This document shows, in pieces, positions 40,760 through 64,000 of a stretch of 64,000 bases of DNA. This DNA is from the human T2T-CHM13v2.0 reference genome, Homo sapiens. The DNA is taken from assembly GCF_009914755.1 (NCBI RefSeq), contig NC_060934.1. One strand, given 5' to 3'. The translations under genes and the position numbers were made by a program. Numbering within the stretch: position 1 is the first letter of the stretch; each line of letters begins with the position of its first letter. The notes under the pieces are model-generated. The model was not told the origin of the DNA, did not search any database, and saw only the letters and a program-made list of their open reading frames with translations.

Positions 40760-42408
40760 TGTGTCTGGAATTGGTGGGTTCTTGATTTCACTGACTTCAA
40801 GAATGAAGCCGCAGACCCTTGCGGTGAGTGTTATAGTTCTTAAAGCCAGAGTGTCTGGAGTTTGTTCATTCTGATGTTTGGATGTGTTTGGAGTTTCTTC
40901 CTTCTGGTGGGTTCGTGGTCTCGCTGGCTCAGGAGTGAAGCTGCAGACCTTCACAGTGAGTGTTACAGTTCACAAAGGCAGTGCGGACCCAAAGAGTGAG
41001 CAGCAGCAAGATTTATTGCAAAGAGCAAAAGAACAAAGCCTCCACAGTGTGAAAGGAGACCCGAGCAGGTTGCCACTGCTGGCTGGGGCAGCCTGCTTTT
41101 ATTTCCTTATCTGGCCCCACCTACATCCTGCTGATTGGTGCATTTTGACAGGGTGCTGATTGGTGTGTTTACAATCCCTGAGCTAGACACAAAAGTTCTC
41201 CAAGTCCCCACAGAGCACTGGTTGGTGCATTTACAAACCTTGAGCTAGACACAGGGTGCTGACTGGTGTGTTTACAAACCTTGAGCTAGACACAGAGTGC
41301 TATTGGTGTATTTACAATCCCTTAGATAGACATAAAGATTCTCCAAGTCCCCACCAGATTAGCTAGACACAGGGTGCTGATTGGTGTGTTTACAAACCTT
41401 GAGCTAGGCACAGAGTCCTGATTGGTGTATTTACAATCCCTTAGCTAGACATAAAGATTCTCCAAGTCCCCACCAGATTAGCTAGACACAGGGTACTGAT
41501 TGGCGCATTTACAATCCTCTAGCTAGACATAAAAGTTCTCCAAGTCCCCACCAGATTAGGTAGGTACAGAGCACTGATTGGTGCATTTACAAACCTTTAG
41601 CTAGACACAGAGTGCTGATTCGTGCGTTTACAATCCTTTAGCTAGATGTAAAAGTTCTCCAAGTCCCCACCAGATTAGCTAGATACAGAGTGCTAATTGG
41701 TGCATCCACGAACTCTGAGCCAGACACAGAGTGCTGATTGGTGCATATACAATCCTCCTGCTAGACATAAAAGTTCTCCAAGTCCCCACCCGACTCAGGA
41801 GCCCAGCTGGCTTTGCCTAGTGGATCCCTCGCCGGGGCAGCGGGTGTACGCCTGCATTCCTCAGCCCTTGGGCGGTCGATGGGACCAGGCACTGTGGAGC
41901 AGGGGGTGGCACCTGTCGGGGAGGCTCAGGCCATGCGGGAGACTACTGCAGGGTGGGGGCTCGGGCATGACGGGCTGCCATTCCTGAGCCCTGCCTTGCG
42001 GGGAGGCGGCTGAGGCCCAGAGAGAATTTGAGCATGGCACAGGCGGGCTAGCAGTGCTGGGGGACCCGGCGCCCCCTCTGCAGCTGCTGGCCCAGGTGCT
42101 AAGCCCCTCACTGCCTGGGGCCGGCGGCGCTGGCCGGCCGCTCGGAGTGCGGGGCCTGCCAAGCCTGTGCCCACCTGGAACTCGCCCTGGCCCGTGAGTG
42201 CCACATGCAGCCCCGGTTCCCGCCCATGCCTCTCCCTCCACACCTCCCTGCAAGCAGAGGGAGCTGGCTTCGGCCTCGGCCAGCCCAGAGAGGGGCTCCC
42301 ATAGTGCAGCTGCAGGCTGAAGGGCTCCTCAAGCACGGCCAGTGAGGCCGAGGAGGTGCTGAGAGCCAGCGAGGGCTGCGAGGGCTGCCAGCACGCTGTC
42401 ACCTCTCA
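40760..42408 (-). mobile_element. Solo LTR12 (HERV9 LTR, LTR12C/D-like)
   Basis: Minus strand starts TGAGAGGTGACAGCGTGCTGGCAG and ends CCAATTCCAGACACA; TSD CTTT at 40756-40759 and 42409-42412. Confidence 0.95.
41125..41790 (-). promoter_or_regulatory. LTR12 U3 tandem repeats with CCAAT (NF-Y) boxes
   Basis: Repeated gtgctgattggtg..tttacaa..ct..agctagaca units; nine intact ATTGG; TATA-like AATAAAA at 41097-41103 (minus). Confidence 0.85.
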
Positions 42409-42974
42409 CTTTCACTGCCTGAATTTCCTCTGGGGACTACTGCAAAGGATCAGGTTCCTCTTCTTGTGACTTGAGATACAGGATCTTTGTCTTTTGAGCA
42501 CATGAGTCAATCCATAACCTCCAGTAGCCAGTTAAACCTAAAAATTTTCAGAGTTCTTTCTTTGTCTTAGGCAGAAGCCCACTATTCCTGGTATTCTTTC
42601 TGGGTTTATTCTCCACCTCCCTTCATTAATCAGGTATCCTAAATATTTAACTTATTTTTCTACAAACTGCAATTTGTTCTTAGAGATTTGCAACCCCCTT
42701 TCTCCTAGGGAATTAAGCAAGCTTATGGTGGTTTCTGATACTTTGGTCTTCCTCTCCCTAGAAATTAAAAGATCATCTACATATTGTAATAACTGGTTTC
42801 CCCTGGAAGGTTGGAATTCCTTCAGGACTTTTTCTAAGATTTGACCAAATAAGTTTGAGGCATCTGTGAAGCCTTGTGGCAGCACAGTCCAGCAGTACTG
42901 TTGTTTTCTGCCAGTTATGGGATTTTCCCATTCAAAGGCAAAGAGATCCCTACTCCTAAAGTCTAGGGGACATC

Positions 42975-43359
42975 TTTTCTTTCCTGCTCCTCTGTTAGGA
43001 GGCCCATCATTACTTTTATTTGTCCTTCCTCTATTCCTAATCCTAAACCCAATCTCACAATCAGGTCTCAACTCAGGAGGTTAGTTGCCTGCTTCAGGAA
43101 CATATAAGAGTGACCCCTCTATTTGTTCTGGTCCTAATCTAATTACCATTTTCTTGAATATCAGAACCTGAAATCCCTCCCCTTTTACCCCTGATACTGT
43201 CAATTTTTCCTTCGAGTCCTGTACCCCTTGGTTGATTAATTAGGAAGGAGAGAGACAGCCCAGTATCAAGCAAAAATGTTACTTCTTCCCCATCGGGTCC
43301 CACCCTCAAATTTATCAAGAGTTCCTGGTGGGACCTACTTACAAGGAACCCCTGACTCC
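42975..43359 (-). pseudogene. pro: Retroviral protease remnant
   Basis: EVTFLLDTG with DTG at 43259-43267; frameshifted. Confidence 0.85.
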
Positions 43360-44920
43360 CTAATCTTCATCAAAAGTCATACAGTGGATTACTTCTCTTC
43401 CTTTTTCCATTCTGGACATTCTCTTTTAAAATGTCCTGGTTTTCCACACTTGTAACATCCACTTACAGTCTTAGGAGTTTTTCCTTGTATTTCTCTTCTG
43501 TCTTTTTGCTGAAACCTAGTATTTTCTTGTCTCCTCTGAGAGGGGTCTTGATCTAACTTCTTCCTGACTACCTCCTCTGCAGTGGAAACCATTATTTTCG
43601 CTTTTTGTTTCTGTTTCTCCTCTTCTCTTCTCACAAAGATCTTTTTGAGCTTCCCTCAGTAATTCCTCAATTGATTTTTCATTCCAACCATCAATCTTCT
43701 GTAATTTTTTTGTAATGTCAGGCTAGCTCTTAGTTACAAAGTTAACATTCAAAAGGCCTTGCCCTACTGGGGCCTCCAGATCTAATCCAGAGTATTTTCT
43801 CATCTGATCTCTGAGCCTCTGCAGGAATGCAGAGGGAGTTTCCTCTTTTTCTTGTTGAATCTTTGAGACATTTGAGACATTTTGTGTCCTAGAAGTCAAT
43901 TATTTGATCCCTTTAATTATTAGTTCCCTGAGGTCCTGCATTTGGGCCTGGTCCCTGGGATCATTATTATCCCATTCGGGATTGACATTTGGAAATTTTT
44001 TGTTTGGCTGGCAAGACTCCTTTCCTCGGAGGATGTTGCCTCTTCCAGATGGTCATTGCCACCCTCCTAATCATTCCTCTTTCTTCTCCTGTGAATAAGA
44101 TATTCATGATAGGCATTATTTCAGTCCAGGTATAAAAGCTGGTCCTAGGAATTGGTACAACTTGTCTGCTAAATGAAGGGGATCCTCTAGGAGTGGTTTC
44201 ATTACCTTCTTGAAATTCCTAACTTCAGTACTTGTAAGAGGAGCGTTTACAAAGCCAATCTCTTTCTGTCCTGTGGGAACTTCCCTAAGAGGGAACATGC
44301 TAGATGTTTGCTGTTTGGAGGGGATAGGGAAGTTCTCAATATCTCTTTTACATTATTCTAATTCTTTTCTTAAATTTGGATAAGGGTCTAAAGGAGCAGT
44401 TGGTTCAGCTCCCCCATGGTCTCCAGGTCTTTCTTTCTCTAACTCTCCTGCTGCCCCTTGATCTCCCTGTCCCCTATTTTGTGAGACATATGGAGGGGGC
44501 TCCCATGATAGGGGGTCCCAGGGCTTTTCACTGGGCAAGGGCTTTTTACTAGGCTCTTTTTCTTCTTCTTTGAGGGGGGAACATGGGGGCTAATTCCTTG
44601 ATCCCACAGACAGCATAACCTGTCTTCTCCTGTGCAGATGGGGTTTTATCATTCACATAGAGAATTAAAGCTTGGCACACCCAATCCTCATCTGAGCCAA
44701 CCTTAGGCCAAAAGACTGAAGGCTTATGAATGGGGTCTTTGGGTCAGGTAAAACAGCAATACTTTATCAACTTTTGCTTTTCCTTGTCCCTGGCTGCAGG
44801 GTTGTCCCTCCAAACCTGCAACATTCATTCACCCCAAAGGACTATCTGGGGGAATGTCAGAGGGAGTCTCTTTGGCTCCCTCTTTCCTTTGTCCCTAGGC
44901 CTAGAATTTCTGTTTCCCAT
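43360..44920 (-). pseudogene. gag: gag remnant
   Basis: Starts MGNRNSRP at 44920; PPPY late motif; PLREVP...GFVNAPLTS capsid; CYKCGKPGHFKREC zinc knuckle; TAG at 43360-43362; several stops and frameshifts. Confidence 0.9.
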
Positions 44921-45358
44921 TTTTGGCCAGTCTCTGTGTCTGGGCCTTTCCCTATGTACTCAACCCTCCTACTGGAGGTTTCTTGCACACCCTGAGAATC
45001 GCTTCATCTGTTTCCTGCCGATTCCCTCGCAGGAGAACGGAACTGTGGATTGGGACTCCGTGCTTGCTTCGTATCTAGGGTATGTCTCAGTCACACACAC
45101 TCAACCTCCAAAAATGCCCAACCACCAAGGTGGTACTTACAGTCTGGTTTTCCTACCTTGGCTCATGCACAAGGTTGCCTGGTTGCCATAGTGTCTGCTT
45201 TTCTCCCTATGTCACCTCTGCTGCCTGCTGAATAACAATCTCAGGTTTGTCTATGGCCTATGTGGGGAGCTGGGACACCTGCACAGAGCGGGCCACCTAA
45301 AATTGGGTGAGATGTGTCTCCCCTCTTGGCTGGAGTCCCATTCCATGCAGGCACAGAG

Positions 45359-45376
45359 ATCCTGGATGAGCCCCCA
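45359..45376 (-). other. Primer binding site, tRNA-Pro
   Basis: Minus strand TGGGGGCTCATCCAGGAT, 16/18 to TGGGGGCTCGTCCGGGAT; both mismatches are CpG decay. Confidence 0.9.
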
Positions 45377-45380
45377 AGTT

Positions 45381-45835
45381 TGTGAGAAACGCTCACCTGT
45401 CCAAAATCAAATAATGGACTCAGAGACAGGAAGTGCAGCAGAAGCAAGACTTTTAATGGCAATCTTGCAAGATCAGATGTCTGGTAGGCAGGCACACCTG
45501 GGGCAGTTACAGCAGGTAATTTATCTCCTAGCATGCAAGTCTTTCCCCCAGTTCCTTACTGGTTGAGTACTACAGGGTTACAATCTTCCCAGACGTCACC
45601 TAAGTTTCATTATCCCCTTATAAGGTTATACTCTGGTCCCCTTCCCTGCCTATGTTTCAACTTCCCAATAATGAAACTTTCTCACCTTTTATGGGCTGAC
45701 CCTTCTTCTACATCTTGTTCTCTTATGATGATTTTCTAGGTGCATGAGCCATTCAGTTTGTCACATCTGCAGGGTGGCTGCTAGTACATAGATTTATCAT
45801 GCCCTGAAAATGAACCATTTAAATGTTTTTTCACA
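45381..45835 (-). repeat. 5' LTR of HERV-IP-like provirus
   Basis: 455 bp, inverted termini tgtgagaaa...tttttcaca; homologous to 34114-34567. Confidence 0.92.
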
Positions 45836-47880
<2,045 letters not shown>

Positions 47881-48010
47881 GAAACAAGACTAGCCGGGCA
47901 CAGTGGCTCACACCTGTAATCCCAGCACTTTGGGAGGCCAAGGCAGGTGGATCACGAGTTCAGGAGATTGAGACCATCCTGGCTAACACGGTGAAACCCC
48001 GTCTCTACTA

Positions 48011-49050
<1,040 letters not shown>

Positions 49051-50122
49051 TGGAGAGAGAGCACTAAATCTATGTGGAGGTAGAGCCTTGAGGTTTTGGT
49101 AGTTTGGATGGTTTGGCAAACTTGGCCCCTGGCTCTCAGAAAAGTTCTCATAAACTGGGGGAGACAAGACACATAGCTTAGAAAAAACACAAGATTCACA
49201 CTCATAGCAAGTAATCATAGTGAAGTCCAGTATAGGCTCAATTTGCAAAGTGGCTGATAGCAGGTACTTAATGCACTAATTCGTCTGTTTTCCTATGTTG
49301 GGGACAGAATTGACTCTTCTTCAAGTATGAGAGAGGTTGGAAGTGTTTGGCTAGTTTCCACAGAAGACTCAGAATACTCAAGTGTCCCGAGAAACAGTGG
49401 AAATAGAGGTTCTTGGAAATGATCCCAGAAAACAGGTCTAATCAACTGGGTGAAGTGTCAGGATCCAGACAGTGACTTATAATGGCTCAACCTCCAAACC
49501 AGTGATCCTGAGATAAATGGGAACACCCAGCTGTGGATGTGTGCCGACTTCAGGGTTTTTGAAGCAATACCCTGTTACATCCATCAGCTGTCCTCCTGAA
49601 CCTGTTCCCTCCCTGAAGCCACGTATGGAGCAAAAAGAGTATATTTCTCCATTACAGGCCCTGCCTCACTTATCTCCTCCATACTACTTCCCCACTTTCC
49701 TTGTTTTCCCCAAAGGCCTCTCTCCCACTCTGGCTCTCCCAGCTACACATATCAAACCTACATCTCTGCCAGGAGGCAGGGTGTCTGTGGTAGAGGAGTG
49801 ACCCACACATTTGAGATTTTCCCGGGTCACACTGGAAACCCTGGATTCCTGCCTGGTTTATTTCCCTTGGATTCAATCCATAAAACCCTGATTGGTGTGT
49901 AACTCCCATAACATGATCCTTATCTCTTGGGCCCAGGACCCATCATCTGAGGCCTGCCAGCTGTTTCAGCCCAGGCTTTCATGCCAAGCTCTCGAATGGA
50001 TGTGGCCAGTAAAATACAGTCTCCTTTTTTTTTTTTTATTTAAAGGCAAAACTCAATAAATGTTAGCTATTATTATTATTACTAGATTTAAAAAGTACCA
50101 ATATGCTCATATAATAAATACG

Positions 50123-53782
<3,660 letters not shown>

Positions 53783-54064
53783 GCGCTGGGCCTTCTTTTT
53801 CTTTTTCTTAAGTTATAGGATATGGTACATTCATGTAATGAAATAGTACACAGCTATTCAAAAAATGTACTAATATGGTACACTCTCTGAGACAAATTTA
53901 AAAAGCAAGGTATAGTCTGGGTACAATGGCTCATACCTGTAATCCCAACACTTTAGGAGGCTGAAGCAGGAGGATTGCTTGAGCCCAGGAGTTGAAGATA
54001 AGCCTAGGCAACATAATGGTATCTCATACCTATTTAAGAAAAAAAAAAGCAAGGTATAAAATAA

Positions 54065-60942
<6,878 letters not shown>

Positions 60943-62313
60943 GTCTTCCCAGACACTGATAATAGATAGGCATCTTTCAAGCTGATCCCCACTCGAGTTT
61001 ATAGGTGGTTTGACAGCTGCCTCTCCTCAACGTTGCATCTGTTATGATGGTTTAATTGTTGAGTCAGAGCCAGTGAACATTTATATTTCCTACCAACTAC
61101 CTTGAAGTAAATATCTTGGGAGCTGCTGGCCTGGAAAGGTTGTGAGAAGGCTCCTGGCTTCTTCTTTGTCTCACTTAACATTTATTTTAAGGTCAAAGCA
61201 ATATCTGCACACTACTTTCTCTTTGGTCCCCCAGATACAGTGAGCCCCTTGGTCCAGTCCTCTCCATGTCCTATATGTAGTTTCACCCTAGATCAGATTT
61301 TGTGTCTTGGTTCTCAGACCAAAACGGGAACACTGCATGATTGTTTTCTGGAGCCCATCCATCGTGGATGCCAGCCTTGTATCCACATAGGAGTTGAAGC
61401 TCCTTTTGTATTGTATTTCCTGAATCACCACTAAGCGAATACAGTCTTTTCTCATCTAGGCTGGGGATGTTGAAAATGCTCAGCCTTCTATAGAAATTCT
61501 TAAGTTCTCATTAACACATTTCACAAAAGGAAATGAGTATTATTTGACATGGTTCAGATGGTGTTTTAATGGTCAGCATTTGAATAAATACTTGCATTAT
61601 AATTTGTCCCTTTAAAAAAGTTGTAGCTGAATGTAACTTATTAAATGTTCAGTGGAATGTAAAAATATATATATATTAATACATACAGATTTTTTTTTCT
61701 TTTGGATTATTTCACTGGGTTGAATTCCTAGGTGAGACACTGGGTCAAAGCATACCAGCTCTTGCTAAGTGTTGCCTAAGTGTGTTTCTACAAGGATTAT
61801 ATCAGTTTACTTGGCCACTAGCCAGGTGTGATTGCACCTGTTTCCTAAAGCTTTGACTGGCATTAGGTATTTAATTGCTGCTTAGCTATTAATTGGGACC
61901 ACACTATACATACAGTCTTTAATTTGCATTTCCTTAATTACTAAGAAAGTTGAGTCTTTTAAAAAAATGTTTATTGTTTGTATTTCCTCTTAGGTGCCTA
62001 CTCAATTCAAAGCAACAGACATATTTTGAGTGCCCACTATGTGCCAGGTAGTATGTGCTACCCTCAAGGATGAGTGACCTAGTGAAAATGACCATTTGGG
62101 ATAGGGTGAGGGAGCCAGAATAGTACAGAAAATATATGACTGACTGTCCTCCACAAGTAGAAGCACAATACTGGCAGGCAGTTTGGGCAAAGTTTTTTGA
62201 ATGAAAGACAAAGAAGGAAGGGCCTGACTCTGAAATATATTAGGCTTTTGCAGGGCAAGTGACTTTAGAGCTAGAGCTAGAGTTAAGATTTGTCCAGGTG
62301 AGAAAATGATGTA

Positions 62314-62480
62314 TGGGGGGAGAGGGAAAGATGCGTAGAGAGGTAAAGGGGTAAGTATGTAGAGTTGTCCATTATGGCTACAATGCGGAATGCTGGGGGG
62401 AGAGGGAAAGATGCGTAGAGAGGTAAAGGGGTAAAAGTATGTAGAGTTGTCCATTATGGCTACAATGCGGAATGCTGGGG
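62314..62480. repeat. Near-perfect 80-bp tandem duplication
   Basis: 62314-62393 vs 62394-62475 identical apart from a 2-nt (AA) indel. Confidence 0.95.
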
Positions 62481-62760
62481 CTGAGGGATGGTGGGATTTT
62501 GGCTGGAAATGAATGGTCAGGGCTAAACTCAGGAATCTGATCTTTGTCCTGAGGATTATTTTTGTTCTTAATGAGGAATGACATGAGCTCATGTGTTTTA
62601 GAAAGACCTTTCTGGCAGCAAATGAGAGGCAGATTTGGAGACACTGGAGTGTATGAAATGAGCTTGTTTGTATCCTTAGCCATTTACCAAGGGTCGAAGA
62701 TAAGACTATGAATAAGATTTTTGTGTAGTATGCACATTAACCCTTTATCTGACCTACTTA

Positions 62761-63470
<710 letters not shown>

Positions 63471-64000
63471 GCCACCTCCAGAAGAAATGACAGGACCTTG
63501 TGTCCTATAGAAGAATATAACTTGACCTCACAATTTCTAGCCTGAAAAATTATATAAATAGTGGCTGGAAAAATCAGCCTATTTTGGAGGTAGATAACAA
63601 ATTCTGTTTGGGGTGTGTATTGCTAAGGATGCTAGCAGAACATACCGGTAGAGATGTCCAACAGGCAGTTGGAAATAGGGAGAGAAAGAAGTTGGGTTGA
63701 GAACTCATAGACACAGAAGGCAGCTACTTGGCACCAGGTAATACAAGTGATTGGTGTTCTATAAACTTCCAAAGCCTGCTCAGTTATTCATCTGCTCACA
63801 CCATCCCATGCTTAGCGCTTCTTCCTCTATGTTGAGGCTTTCAGGAGGGCTACTGGGGAAAAAAAACAAAACAAAACCAGTGACCACACAAAAGATAGGC
63901 TTGGAGTATTTATCCTGGAGAATAAATAATGTCACTCAGGTTTACATGCCAAGGATTTCATCCATTCAATCACTTGCGCAACAAATATTACCTGGGTTAT

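Noticed and set aside
41125-41790. Regularly spaced direct repeats resembling a CRISPR array
   Set aside because: The intervening segments are themselves repeated; this is the LTR12 U3 tandem array in primate DNA, with no cas genes.
49250-50020. Non-repetitive-looking islands (also ~18990-19440 and ~60950-61450) as exons or enhancers
   Set aside because: No motif cluster, splice-consistent ORF or recognisable homology that I can support from sequence alone.
62002-62683. 196-aa minus-strand ORF with a repeated peptide
   Set aside because: The repeat comes from the 80-bp duplication in L2-like sequence; no domain or splice support.

Overview
Primate (almost certainly human) genomic DNA, not prokaryotic. 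Positions ~1-4850 hold the last eight coding exons and the 3' UTR of NOLC1 (Nopp140, + strand). All eight splice in frame with GT-AG introns, and one exon has an in-frame alternative donor 30 nt downstream. The remaining ~59 kb has no intact host gene and is a dense, nested transposon field. It contains dozens of Alus, L1/L2/MIR fragments and DNA-transposon MITEs. It also holds a truncated THE1 element, a complete non-coding ERV1 (MER4-group-like) provirus with a tRNA-Glu PBS (26098-33242, +), and a near full-length decayed HERV-IP-like provirus with a tRNA-Pro PBS (34114-45835, -). A solo LTR12 sits inside the pol gene of the latter. Almost all predicted ORFs outside NOLC1 and the HERV are Alu/L1/LTR artefacts. 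I found no evidence for a new biological system. The best second-look items are a CTCF site with its upstream module, a probable 3'UTR-only retrocopy, an Alu-Alu junction copied 16 kb away, the LTR12-in-pol chimera, multi-level TE nesting and a very recent 80-bp tandem duplication. Repeat subfamily names are from recall, not from a database search, and repeat boundaries without a stated TSD are approximate.
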